From Azolla caroliniana (Eukaryota; Plantae; Polypodiophyta), in contig JBHGNT010000002.1 in the NCBI GenBank assembly GCA_043228905.1, positions 15,500,001 to 15,564,000 on the forward strand: a stretch of 64,000 nt of DNA, read 5' to 3'. The position numbers and the translations under genes are program-made. Of this stretch, positions 34,004-47,093 are shown one piece after another (the first letter of the stretch is position 1; every line of letters starts with the position of its first letter). Below the pieces are notes generated by a model. The model saw only the letters and a program-made list of their open reading frames with translations. It did no database searches and was not told the origin of the DNA.

Positions 34004-34009
34004 AAACTG

Positions 34010-34426
34010 TGTTATTCTCTAGCCGGACAAGGCCTAACACAAGGTGTCACGGAGACACTTCACCAAAGGGTGATTACGGCATAGGATTGAGATTCAACGC
34101 TTACACCGACTTACATAGGTTACACGATTAGAATGCTTCGGTTGATTACACGCGTAAGATATAACAGTAATTACAGAACGGAAATCAAGACAGAAGTATA
34201 AACAACATAAGCTCTATTAATTATCCGCTGTCATTACAATGGGGTCCGGGCCTTTAAATAGGTTTCCGGCCCGTAGTACAAAACGGTGCCTCTCGCACCT
34301 ATTCGGGATCCGTCCGGATCTGGAACGGCATACCGTTTCCAGTCCGTCCGTCCACACTATGCTCATTTACAACCATCTAATTAATTCCTTCACTCCGTAT
34401 TTTGGACTCCTTGCCGGCCGGTAACA
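34010..34426 (-). repeat. 5' LTR of the young Gypsy
   Basis: Direct repeat of 24558-24974. Confidence 0.95.
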
Positions 34427-35716
34427 ATCAACACTTCTTCGTGCAAGAGACATCATCTTATCCGGTCATCCTCGGTGAACCAAACATCACGACGGCTCGT
34501 GGTTCAGCCTACACAAGGTTGAAGAGTTAGGACGATGGGCACTTTGTTAAGTTCTTGACGGTCCGGCTGAACCACGAGTAGAATCAGGATTCTCTTGGAG
34601 GCGAAGGCCGAGAGGAGTTTTGGAGAGGGCTATCAAGGCGTGGGGCCGCAATAGTCCGAACATCCGGAAGAAACCCCACACTTGTACCATAGGTAGGAAA
34701 TTTTGGTTCTCCGATAGCAGAGGTTGTACCATAACCGGCATCAGTGACTTGGAGAAAAGACAAATCGAAAGGCGTTTGAAGGCGTGCAGAGTCTTCGACC
34801 CCGACGACTCGGTAGGCTACGCCATGGAGGCGGTCTAATTCGATGACACCCTCGGGGAGATCAAGAAGGTGATCGAAGAAGGCCTAAGCGAAGACTGGAT
34901 GATTCCGATCGAGATGTACGAAGTCATCGAGGACTTCGAGAGGATGTTCGGGTAGGATCGGACGGCCCGAGTAGATACCAAGTACAAGACTGTGGACTAG
35001 AAGGTGAGGCCAGTCGTGGATCCCTTGCCGGAGGACAATTGGGAGCGAATGAAAGGGGTTGCGACCGACATGAGTTTGCGAGATCCGGCTGGCATAGGAC
35101 ACCGATTCATTGACGAGACGCTACGGGAGATGAAAATCAGTGGGGGTGGATTCCTACTGCAGACGGAGGAGGTCCGGTTTTAGAGGATGCTTGGAAGGCA
35201 CGAGAAATCCTTCGTGTTCACGCCGGTAGAGATCGGGTGCATCGACCCGACAATTGTAGTACCAATGGTGATCTTCACGGTATCCCATGTGCCGTGGAGT
35301 CTCAACCCGATTCCGGTTTCGAGGGCTCACATCCCGAAGTTGATGGAGCTGCTCAAGTAGAAGGTGGAGATGGGGATTCTCGAGCCATCGAGTGCCCCTT
35401 ATTTGAATCGGTGGTTTACAGTGCCCAAGAAGAACAACACGTTGTGCTTTATTCAGGACCTGCAACCCCTCAACAAAGTGACAATCCAGAATGCAGGAGT
35501 CGGGCTGACCATTGATGAGTTCGCGGAGGCCTTTGCCGAAAGGTCGATCTACTCGATCAGGGATCTATACTTCGGCTACGACTAGTTCCAGCTAGGCATG
35601 GAGAGTAGGGATATCAAGAAGATGTGAAACCCTCTTGGCTTAGTTTGGGTGTGTACCCTACCGCAAAGAGGAACCAATTCGGTGGCACACATGGTGAACG
35701 TGATGAACAAAGTACT

Positions 35717-38700
35717 TGTGCAGAAATAACGCTCGGCTACAACCGAGACTTCAACAAGGAATAGAAGAGAACAAATTAAAACCGAGATGACACATGATGT
35801 TTACGTGGAAAACCCTAAATGGGAAAAACCATGAGAGCCCACATACTCCAACTATCACTATATGAGAAAGGTACAATTAGAGACTCGGAGGCAATGACCT
35901 CAAGCTCTATGTCTTCGCCTGCCGGCGGTTACAACAGAAACTGGTTCTGTATCTCTCTCTCTCTCTCTCTTCGCTCTCTGTACTACAACAAATGTACATC
36001 GTCATATTCATAAAGTGATTGCCCTAAGTCATATTTATATTTATATGACTTTTGGGCTATTTACAAATATAACCTCAATGAGCTTATACTAACATATTTA
36101 CAAATATGTCCTTGGATTCGGTTCCCATTGGATCCATCTGGATTCACTGGTTCCGGTTTCTGGATCTTATCCGGAACCCTTCCGAATCTGACTTCTTCAT
36201 CCGGCTCGTTCGATCCGGCTTCTCCAGTTCTCATCCGGATCCCATCCCGAGGGACCGAATTCCCAATAAACTCCCCCCTTCACTCTGGCATGGGATTTCT
36301 CGTTAATCCGATCCGCCTTCGGCACGCGTCTAGTTTGTCGGTTGTCAGCACCTTGGTCAGCATGTCCGACCCGTTCTCCTCCGTGTGAACCTTCATAAGT
36401 GCGAAGTCTTTGTCCTCTAGTCTCTCCTAGATCCCCCCCAGATCTAGTGGTACCTGCGCTGGAGGTGCTTTGTCCTGGAGTGGTATGCCGCATTCTTTGC
36501 AAGGTGAATGGCACTTTGACTATCACAGTGGAGCCGATATTCCTCATGTTGGATCCCTAACTCTTCGATGAATTCCTTCATCCATATTATCTCACTGCTG
36601 GCTTCCACGACTGCCATGTACTCCGCCTCCATGGTTGACTACGCAACCGTCTTTTGCAGCCTCAACTACCACGATACAACTCCCCCTACATAAGTCATGA
36701 CATATCCGGATGTCGACTAGCTGGTATCCGCATCAGCCGCCATATCCGAATCCATGAATCCGTCGAGTTGGGGTTTTCCTGAACCGAACCGGAGGCACAT
36801 GTCTGAGGTTCCCTTCAAGTATCGGAGTATCCACTTGACTGCGTTCTAGTGTTCTCTTCCCAGATTGTTCATGAACCGGCTAACTACTCCGACTGCGTAA
36901 CCAATGTCCGACTGGGTACACACCATCGCATACATCAAGATCCCGACGGGGCAGAGGCATATGGTATCTTCATCATATCCGTCTTCCCTGCCTTTGTCTT
37001 CGGGCTTTGCTTTACGGACAACCTGCAGTTTGTCAGGAGTGTCGATCCGACCTGTTTCGCCTCCGTCATGTTGAGCCTTTGGAGTACCTTTGTCACGTAC
37101 TTTTCTTGTGACAACCACAACAACTTCTTCGATTGGTCCCGGATGATGTGCATTCCCAATATCTGTCTTGCTGAACCCAAGTCTTTCATTGAGAAGGTCC
37201 GGTTTAGAGCCTTCTTCGGCATCCATATCTTGACTTGGTCTTGTTCGATGATCAACATATCATCCACGTACAGGAGGAGTATTAGGAAATTGTCTCCGTC
37301 GAATTTCTTCACAAACACGCAGTGATCGACTTGCGTCTTGTGGTACCCTTGGTCGGTCATGAAGGAGTCGAACTTCTGGTACCATTGCCGGGGAGCTTGC
37401 TTTAGTCTGTATAAGCTCTTCTTCCGCCGGCACACCGGGTGCTCCTTCCCATTCTTCGCAAATCCTTCGGTTGATGCATGTAGATCTCTTCTTCGAGGTC
37501 GCCATGTAGGAATGTCGTCTTGACGTCCAGTTGCTCTACCTAGAGTTCCATGCTTGCCACTATGCCCAATACCGTTCGGATGGATGTCATCTTTACTACC
37601 GAGGTGAAGATCTCCTCGAAATCCACACATTTCTTCTGTTGGAATCCCTTCACCACAATCCGGGCCTTGTACCTTGGTGGATTTTCAGTGTCTCCCGGTT
37701 TCAGCTTGTACACCCACTTGTTCCGGAGTGCCCTCTTTCCTTTCGGCAACTCTATCAGTTCGTATGTGTGGTTCTCATGCAGGGGATCCATCTCGTCCTG
37801 CATGGCACTCAACCACTTGCGGATGTGGGTGTCTTTGTTTGCTTCTTCGAAGCTTTCCAGTTCCCCCTCATCGGTCAGCAATACGTGCTCTACATCCGGA
37901 AATCTCCGGGGGGCTCTTCTCTCTCTGAGAGGGTATCTTTGTCCTTGGTTTCTAATTAATGGTTCCTCTGTTTGTTCCTCATCCTCATCCGATTCAGGAT
38001 CTTGTCTGGTTTCAATGTCTTCTTCTTCTTCTTCTTCTTCTTTGGTCAATTCGGTTTCTTGTCAGTATCCGGCCGGTTCCTTGAGTGTCATCCGGTTCCC
38101 GACTAACATCTGGTTTTCAACCGAGTAAGTCCTTGTGTCCTCAAGCCGGTTTTCATTGGATGATTCGGAGTTCATCATCTTCTTCTCCGACTCCCAGTCG
38201 GCAATGGTTCTGTCTTCCGGAGACTATGTCCCGACTCCGGAACACCTTCTTGTTGACCAGATCCCACACTCGGTAACCGAACTCATCATCACCGTATCCG
38301 AGGAATATGCATGGCTTGGACTTCAGATCCAACTTTTCTCTCTTGTCCTTTGCAACATGCACATATGCGAGACAACCAAACACCTTCAGATGCCGGTAAG
38401 ATACATCTTTACCGGTCCATACTTTTTGAGGTAAGTCTCCTTCCAAGGGCGCTGAGGGTGATCTGTTTATCACATAGGTTGTCGTCATCAACGCCTCAAC
38501 CCAAAACGTCTTGGGTAACTTGGCATGTGCTAGCATGATTCAGACTCTCTCCATTATGGTTCGGTTCATCCGTTCGGCCAGCCCATTCAATTCCGACATC
38601 TTCGGCACAGTGAATTCGTGTCGGATTCCCTTCGACCGACAGTATGCTCGAACTGCCCCCGATATTCTCCTTCGTTATCTGCTCGAACCATCTTCAGCTT

Positions 38701-40908
38701 CCAACCGGTTTCTCTTTCCACTCTCGCGTGGAGCTCCTTGAAGACAGACAACACCTGATCCTTCGTCTTCAACGGTGAGACCCACAGCTTCCGGTTGTGG
38801 TCGTCTATGAACGTCACGAATTACTGCGATCCGGCATACGACTTCGTGTCCACTTGGCACACATTGGTATGCACCAGCTCTAATGGTGCATTTTGTCTCA
38901 TCGATGGTCTTGATTAGAAGGAGGTTCGGTTTTGCTTGCCAGGCAAGCAATCAATGCACTTCTCACGATGCATGTCTTTCACCTCCAGAATGAGGTTGTC
39001 TTAAGCAAGTCTTCCCCTTTTGGCTAATATGACACAGTCTCTTGTCCCATAGCTCACCGACAATGTCTGATGCTACATTCACTTCTTCCCAACATATCCA
39101 GACATGCATCAGGTACAATGTGTTGATCTTCCGGGCTCGAACCATAATCAAGCTTCCCTTGCTGAACTTCATGACTCCGTTCCGGATGCTACCCGTGTAG
39201 CCTTCATCATCTAGCCAATCGGTTGATATCAGGTTCAATTGAACCTCCGGAACATGTCAGACATCCTTCAGCAGCAACTTGCATCCGATTGATGTCGTCA
39301 ACAACACATCTCCTATGCCGAAAATTCGGCATGTACCTTCATTCTCATCCGAACACAACCGTGATCTCCGACTGTGTAGGATGAGAAGCATTTCCGGTCC
39401 GGTGTCAAATGGAACGATGCTTCGGAATCGACAACCCATGTTTTCTCGTTGCTGACAAGGTTTAACTCATTCTCCTCGGCAACGAGCATCAGTTCTTCTT
39501 CACTTGTCACGATCACCAACGTACCGTTCTGATCTGGACCTCTCCGGTCCGAACTCTTGTTCAGATCGGTGATGTCGGCTCCTTTCTCTTTCCAAAAATG
39601 CCGACAGTTTTTCTAGAAGTGCCTCGACTTTCCGCAATAAAAGCAAGAGGGCCTTCCCCTTGACTTCGACCTCGTCCTCGATTTGTCCCGGTTTTGGGGA
39701 CTCCAATACTGGCCTCTTCCCCGGTTGTAGTCATCTTCCGTAACCAAGGCCTTCGAATCAGTTCAAGACTCCCGGTCGTTCCGGCGAGCTTCTTTATCTA
39801 GCAAGCTTGATTTTACCCTTGCTAGGGACAATTGCTTTCCTTCCGGCCCGACGTTGCCCAACGTGACAACTAACGTCTCCCAGCTATCCGAGAGGGAACC
39901 CAACAGGAGCAATGCAAGTACCTCATCCACGAGGGGTACTTCCAACAAGGTGGCTTGGTGTATTAGCCCATGGAAGGCATTCATGTGCTCTGCCATACTG
40001 GAGTCGTCTTGATACCAGAGCCTCACTAACTTTCGGAATACTGAAACCCGATTCACGACATTTTTGTTCTGGAACATGATGTCGATATTCTCCCAGAGTT
40101 CATGAGCCTTGCTTTCTTCATTGAAGTTGTTGTACAGGCTCATGTCGATGAAGCACCGGATGTACGTCGTTGTCTTCAGGTGCATCACCTCCCATGTCGC
40201 GACATCGATCTTATCCGGTTTCTTGTCCCCGAACTATATCGACAACCAAAGATCTTTAACCACCAACATGTCCCCCATCTTCGACTTCCACGGTAGTTGG
40301 AGCCGCTTGAACATGCCGTTGAATGATTCTTCCATTTCCTTTGCTTGCTTTGATACCAGTTTGTGCGGAAATAACGCTCGGCTACAATTGAGACTTCAAT
40401 AAGGAATAGAAGAGAACAAATTAAAATCGAGATGACACAAGATGTTTACGTGGAAAACCCAAAATGGGAAAAACCACAGGAGCCCACAGACTCCAACTAT
40501 CACTATATGAGAAAGGTATAGTTAGAGACTTGGAGGCAACGACCTCGAGCTCTTTGTCTTGGCCTGCCGGTGGTTACAACAGAAACTGGTTATGTATCTC
40601 TCTCTTTGTCTCTCTCTATGTACTACAACAATTGTGCATCGTCATATTCATAAAGTGATTGCCCTAAGTCATATTTATATTTATATGACTTTTGGGCTAT
40701 TTACAAATATAGCCTTAGTGGGCTTATCCTAACATATTTACAAATATGTCCTTGGATTCGGTTCGCACCGGATCCATTCGGATTCACTGGTCCCGGTTTC
40801 CGGATCTTATCCAGAACTCTTCCGAATCCGGCTTCTTCATCTAGCGCGTCTGATTCGGCTTCTCTGGTTCTTATCCAGATCCCATCCAGAGGGACCGAAT
40901 TCCCAACA
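35717..40908 (-). mobile_element. Full-length but pseudogenised Ty1/Copia element (Tnt1/Tork-like), nested in the old Gypsy RT
   Basis: Diverged LTRs at 35717-36268 and 40362-40908. PBS TGGTATCAAAGC (tRNA-iMet type, 40347-40358) and PPT aaggggggagtt next to 36269. Gag (LLLLGSLSDSWE), protease WVVDS, integrase (FIDDH, RADN), RT (YKARIVVKG, LLYVDDML) and RNase H (CDSQSAI). Imperfect TSD gtact/acact. Confidence 0.93.
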
Positions 40909-43879
40909 ACACTGAGGGACTACATCCCGAATATCACCATGCCGTTTTCAGACGACATCCCGAACAAGGGATGTTCGGAGGACGCAAAAGACGAGTCTGT
41001 GGGAACAGACAGCTGTTGGAGGTTTATCACGGACCACATCTCCGATTGTGATAAGATGCTACAGAGGTTTGAGGGCGCTCGACTTACTTCTCCAGGGAGA
41101 AGTCGACATTCGGATAATCGGATATCTGATGATTCCTGGGAGCATGCGCCTCCTACCACATTTGGATTCCACACTACGCGCACATCGTCGAGCCGCTCTA
41201 TGGCTTATTGAAGAAAGGTTGGTAATTCAAATAGATCAAAGATCATATGGAGGTAGTTCAGAGACTGAAGGAGATGCTTACGATGGCACTGGCTCTCCAA
41301 AAAGTTGTATACAAAGTGGACACTCCGGTTTACATAATGGTGGACACGAGTCTGACTGCAATCGGGTGGGTGGTTAGTCAGGAAGACGACGTCGACACGC
41401 GGTTCCCCATCTCGTTCAGTGTGAAGGTTCTAAGCGAGTGGCAACGAGGATACGCCCAGGTTAAGCGTGAACTGTGGGGTATCATTTCGGGAATAAAGGC
41501 CGACAAAGACTATATGCTCGGGGCTGAAGTAATAATCGAGACAGACTGCCTACCGATTCTCAGCATGGTTTCTGGATGCGCGACTCCCAACCTGGCGATG
41601 CTCAGGTGGATCACATACATCAAGTCCCTGAATCCAGAGATACGACACATCTCCGGAAAAGACAACGTCATGGCCGATATGCTTTCGAGAGCACGGTTTG
41701 ACAACAAGGACGACATGGTCTCGGAGGACATAGAAGTCGATGTGGACTTCTTCGAATAAGCTCGAATGTCAGCGAATTGTTGGAGCACTCCGGCCCTGAA
41801 CAAGTTCCACGAGGACAATTACGATAGGGAGTGGCTTCAAATCGGGAGGTTCCTGAGCACAATGGCGTCGGACGCGATGTGGACAAAAGAGGAAGTGGGT
41901 CAGATTAGGAAGAAGGTGTATCGGTTCTTCTTGAGGAACGACAAGTTATCGAGGCATCCGAAGAAACGGACCGGTGCACTGCTCCGGGTGGTGACGAGGC
42001 AGGAGGACCAATCAGTGTTGGTGTCAGAATTCCACAAAAGACCCTGGTCCAGGCATCAGGTTACATGGGCAACGTTCGAAAAGCTAAAGGAGAAGTACTG
42101 GTGGCCAGGAATGTATCGTGACGTGCACCATTTCGTGACGATGTGTGAGAGCTGTTAAATACATTCCGGAATCCGGCACCGAGACGAATGGCATCCGACC
42201 TACCTGCCAACCATTCACTTCAAGTGGATGGTCGATTTAGTTACAATGCCGATGGGGGTAGGGCAGATGTGGTACCTAGTGCTCGTGAGAGAGGACCTGA
42301 CGAACCAGGTGGAGGGTCGAGCGTTGCCGAACAAGACGATCACAATTGTGTGTCGGTTCTTAATTGAAGATGTGATTTGCCGGTACGGGTGCGTCGGGAA
42401 GATTGTGGCCGATTGAGAAGAGCTGGATGCACGGGAAGCCGAGGAACTATTCGACCAACTAAGGGTCAAGCTTTCCCTCATGACGGCGTACAATCCGAAA
42501 GCGAACAGGAAGGTCTAGCACGGGCACAGACCCATCGTGATGGCGATCATGAGAGCATGCGATGGGCGGGTCGACAACAGGCCGAGACTCCTACCCTATG
42601 CACTATGGGCGAACCAGACTATGCATAGTTCGATAACCGGGTATATGACAACCGAGCTTATGTTCGGTTAGAAGCCGATCATGCCAATGGAAAGGACGAT
42701 CTCTTCGTGGACGGTAGTTGACTTGACGGGGGAGATGAGCCAGGAAGAATTGCTAGTTGCGCGGACAACTTGAAAGAAGGCCGGAGGACGTGAAGCGAGC
42801 CAAGGCAAAGCTGTAGGCGGGCCGACAAAAGGAACAAAGAGCGATTCGACCGAATGCACCGACTCCAGCCGAAGAGGATCGAAGAAGGCGATTGGGTGCT
42901 AGTTTACGACAACAACCTCGACAACCAACACCGGTCAACTCGAAAGTTCGCACGACGGTGGTTCGGACCATACATAGTTACAAGCACCAACGATAACGCG
43001 ACCTACCATTTAGTCGAGCTCGACAGGACGAGGATTATAGTGTTGGTTGCCGAAAAGCTGATAAAGGCCTTCAAGAAGCGTCATGAAGCTGAACCCGATT
43101 CGAAGGTAGAAGAGGACGGAAGGGCGGACGAGAACGAGGACCTGAATGAAGACCGGATTGACGACGGTTCGGAAGAGGATGAGTGAAGAACGAGCCGGAA
43201 TCCCCACCGCTTCACTACTTGGCACATGTCGGAGGATGTGCGGTTTGGTGGGGGTGGATGTCATGGGGAATTCTGGCTACTAGGAGAAAGGGAGCCGGAG
43301 AGCGCGTTAATGGTGTTGCGCACGAATGCACACAAAAGATGTCTTTATGTACAAATATGTGTAAATAATAAACTTTATAAATTAATATATATAATATAAT
43401 ATATCCTAGCGGTTGAGGTTACACATCCTCTTTGAGGAGGTCATGGGTTTAAATCTCTATTATATATTTTGAAGTTTTGGTATACGTTCATAATAGGAGC
43501 AGCTAAAGGCTTCACCTTCTCTTAGTTTTTTTTTAAATTCTTTATTTTTACGACATTTTTCTTCCCAATATTTTCAAAATTCCACAACCCCTTTTCGAAA
43601 AACTATAAATTTTTATTAATGAGATGACAACTTTTATTACATCAATTTCGGGATGAAACTAAATGTCCCATACTATTATTGTCCCTCTCCCTAATAGCCC
43701 AAACTAAAAATCCTCTCTTGACTCACTCGTAAGGCTATCTTTATTACGCTCATCATTTAGTCTTACAATAAAAAATTTCTCTAAACTCGATCCATCCTTA
43801 GAACTCGAGCATAGGATGAGCCATTGTCAAGCACCTTTTTTTCCATCTGAGCCACTATGATATAAGGCTCTCAAAGGAT

Positions 43880-44245
43880 GGTAGAGTGGGACGCTCACTC
43901 TCACACAAAGAAGTGTTGGTTTAGATCAATGTCACCAATTCTGACTTTCACATTTGGGCAAGCACGATGAAGTTCTTCTATTGCCCTTGTTTCTGCCCCA
44001 ATCTTCCATCCACACCTAGTGTTGATTGACCATTGTCCCTTTCGATAGAAGTCTAGGGAAATGAGATTGGTCTCTAAATCTAGGGATACAAGTATATCTC
44101 TCATTTGCATTTTAGTTTTATAGACCTCCATGTACTTGGACACAACTCTCCCATCACAGTGACCATTTATATCCACAATCTTTTCAATGGCCTTGTTAAG
44201 GCTCTTTGTGTTGTCTCTCCCACGAAGCATGGGGTCCATCATCAT
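43880..44245 (-). mobile_element. Internally deleted gag-protease fragment related to the old Gypsy family
   Basis: ETNLISLDFYRKGQWSINTRCGWKIGAETRAIEELHRACPNVKVRIGD is homologous to the 24400-24557 protease and is fused to a gag-start-like segment. Confidence 0.7.
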
Positions 44246-44419
44246 GTAATTATATATGTAGTGTGTGTGATAAAAGGGTTCTAAACATACGTAAATAAAG
44301 GTATATGCATCTTTTTATTTAGTTGTACAAAAATGTGCATGAACATGTATAGGTAATTCAATGTTTTTGTATATAAGTATTTGTCGATGAGGGTGAGGGG
44401 TATTTTATTATTTATTTAT

Positions 44420-44540
44420 GGGAAAAGTACCAAGATACCCCTGGAAGTTCGTCTATTTACCAAAATGCCCCTAGAAGTTCCAAATTTACCAAACTACCCC
44501 TATGTCCAAAAAATTACACTTTATAAAGTAATTACACACA
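44420..44540 (+). mobile_element. Single TIR of the Mutator-like MITE family seen at 59770-60079
   Basis: gggaaaagtaccaagatacccctggaagttc...actttataaagtaatt is nearly identical to 59770-59885. No partner TIR was seen. Confidence 0.8.
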
Positions 44541-44744
44541 CACACACACATTTAGCCCAATGTGTTGTTTTGGCGTTTGTAGTTGCATGGGGACCACTAG
44601 TAATTGTTTTGTCAGCCGCCCCAGACGCGTAATTTATAAATTAATTCTGGCAAATGAAAGAACTTCTCACTCGGGGCTGATCAATATAGTCTGTGGGGGA
44701 CCCCTCAGAGAGTGATCAGGGGTCCCTCGAGCATAATTAGAATT

Positions 44745-45270
44745 TTTCCAAAAAAAAAACTACTTCCATTAGTTAAGGCAATGTACAAGGGATAATTTAC
44801 AACTCATATCTTACAAGCCATCTTGCATGTCAAAAGAAAATAACATGCGTAGATGAAACAACAAAAGAAAAACTCCAAAACACCACAACACTCGATGCGC
44901 ATAGCATTACCCGAACGCATACTCTACAAAACAGAATTAAGCATAGATGTCCTCCATTCGCTTCTCATGGCAACACCCATCTAGATGTTGGGTACACTCG
45001 GGGGGAACAACCACTAGGGTGGTTGATAATTCCACTTCGCTTTACCATCCACCATCTGCAGCATCGACGAACCGCTCCATTTCAGAAGGAAACGAGCTCT
45101 AGCTTCTTCACTTGCGTCAGAGGGCCCTTGAAGACTTTCAAACTCTCCTCGTAACGTAGAAATAAGATTAAACCAGATCATCATTATATTTCTCAGCCGG
45201 TGGGGTTTGCTTACTTGCAAAGTCTCCTTGCACCTAGATACCCACACTTGCCAGACCGTAAGACCGACCA
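44745..45270 (-). mobile_element. 5'-truncated L1-like LINE (3' end) with a 17-bp TSD
   Basis: ORF2 C-terminus IWFNLISTLRGEFE..WNYQPP is homologous to 58908-59246. TSD cgagcataattagaatt at 44728-44744 and 45294-45310. Confidence 0.8.
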
Positions 45271-45949
45271 CTAATTCTAATTATGCTTGGTTACGAGCAT
45301 AATTAGAATTAGACAGAGGACCCACTTATGTAATACAATTAGATTGTGGCGGGTATCATTTAGTGGTAAAAGTGTGGGGGGTAAATACCCTTGCCCTATC
45401 CTTCAACCTCCCACATCACAACATCAATGATGAGTTAGCTAATCATTGGATTTGATGTCATATCTAGATTCCTTCACACATATACATTCACGGTTCACCA
45501 TATGGCATTGCATATGAATATTGAAAAGCATAAGGTTTACTTATAAAATTATCATGTGAACCTCAATATGTTATTGTTTGTGGATTTGTATTAGATATAG
45601 TACACAAAATCAATTTTTATAAAGCTAATTGACCATAGTTGCCAACTACACAAGCAATAAAGGGCTATTCTCAGATATTCAAAGGCACATTACGACATGC
45701 AAGTTGTCACTAATATTCTCTATACGACATAGTTATGCTAGTTAATCACCAACGATACGTTAAGATGAAGGTAGAAAAACAAATATAGTAATCATGGAAC
45801 TTTGATAACTTAAGATCCATACTTAAGACACCACCTAGAAGTTTGAGCTCATATGTATATGCTTTATTAACACATAGAGACTTTGTGCTTCAACATATGA
45901 ATGCCCCTTCTTAGGAAGGAGACATATATCAAGAACACATGTATACTCT

Positions 45950-46325
45950 GGTCCCATAGGTCAAAATTGGCCTCTTTATGGACGATAAAAATTATAATTC
46001 TTCGTGGGTCATATGAAGATATTCGAGGCGAAATAACTCAACATCCAAGACATGGGAAACCTTCATTTTGAAATGGAGTGGAACGTCGATGTTGTGATTG
46101 CTAGGCGGAAATATACAATGGTGCTATTTCCCGCTGAAATGGCTCTTCCCACCGAGGACTCTCCCCATGTGACATCCCCCCACCGTCTCTGAACTGTAGA
46201 AGGATCCCTCTAGTTTCGAGTTAATCAAAGCCACGAAGCTCTATATGAGGCCCGACCCTTGTACAAATGATACCTCATGTAATTTCTTCATAACTAATGG
46301 GTAGCATACTTTTTTGGAAAAAAAC
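45950..46325 (+). mobile_element. Decayed L1-like 3' fragment
   Basis: LRGSYEDIRG and WCYFPLKWLFPP, followed by the family tail actaatgggtag..ttttttggaaaaaa. Confidence 0.6.
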
Positions 46326-46755
46326 AAATGTAGCATGTGTAAACTCACACGCGGCATGTAGGGGCTCAAGACGTTTGTTCGTTGCTGTACTGATATCCAT
46401 TAGCTAATCACGTAGTTTCTATCTAACACACACTAATTGGAGGTTAAGAGAGTCTCAAGCAAACTAACTTAAATCAAGTTCATAATAAGGCTATAGAGGA
46501 AAGAGCCTATAGTGCCACTGAAATTGAAGGTAAACCTACATTCAAATGCTGACCTATCAGGCTACTCTTACTATTACTACATTATGTGTGTGTGGGTGTG
46601 TAAAGTATAATAGACCACCAAAACTAATGAGGAGTACCACCTAATATATATAACACACATACCACCACTACAACTACTAGTGAGAGCCAAAAGAAGCTCT
46701 ACAAGTAGTTCAGTTCTCTCTTGCATGTATATGTATGTAGAAGAAGACATGGCTT

Positions 46756-46756
<1 letters not shown>

Positions 46757-46804
<48 letters not shown>

Positions 46805-46880
46805 CTCTCTCTCTCTCTCTTTCTCTCTCTATTTCACACACACACAGACACACACTCTCTCACTCACACACACAGACACA
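46757..46880. repeat. (CA)n/(CT)n compound microsatellite upstream of the RLK
   Basis: Read directly from the sequence; (CTT)n tracts also occur at 47030-47090. Confidence 0.9.
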
Positions 46881-47093
46881 GAGCTTAGGATTCTGAAGGC
46901 TAGCCATTAATTACTATTTTCCATCCCATCCCATCCCCATCATCTCTCATCATGTTCACAGAAACATAAATCACACACTTAACATACAAGCCACCAATTT
47001 GCAAATTGCAAATTCAACTATCTCTCCACTCTTCTTCTTCTTCTTCTTCTTCTTCATCTTCTACGCCATTGATTCTTCTTCTTCTTCTTCCAC

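Larger units (their letters stand above)
24558..34426 (-). mobile_element. Young, intact Ty3/Gypsy LTR retrotransposon with an extra 3' ORF
   Basis: 417-bp TG..CA LTRs with no difference found by eye, a perfect 5-bp TSD ATCAA (24553-24557 and 34427-34431), and uninterrupted 1954-aa and 910-aa ORFs. Confidence 0.97.
22475..43340 (+). mobile_element. Old degenerate Ty3/Gypsy element acting as host for three nested insertions
   Basis: Gag 22475-23100 (CMWCDVVDH), protease ALIDHGLEINLM at ~24400 and RT at 35150-35716, continuing after the Copia (NKVL|RDYIP..SDDIP). RNase H 41247-41759 (IMVDTS, ETDCLP, HISGKDN..ADMLSR), integrase 41766-43186 (zinc finger, WFGPY) and a PPT-like tggtgggggtgga followed by TG at ~43259. 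Many stops; the 5' LTR was not identified. Confidence 0.85.

Noticed and set aside
24558-34426. Element transcribed on the plus strand with an inverted internal region
   Set aside because: The LTR TATA-like box and U-rich tract agree with the minus-strand ORFs, and there is no LTR-adjacent PPT on the plus strand either.
43400-43460. tRNA-like A/B-box pattern
   Set aside because: Too degenerate to fold or assign.
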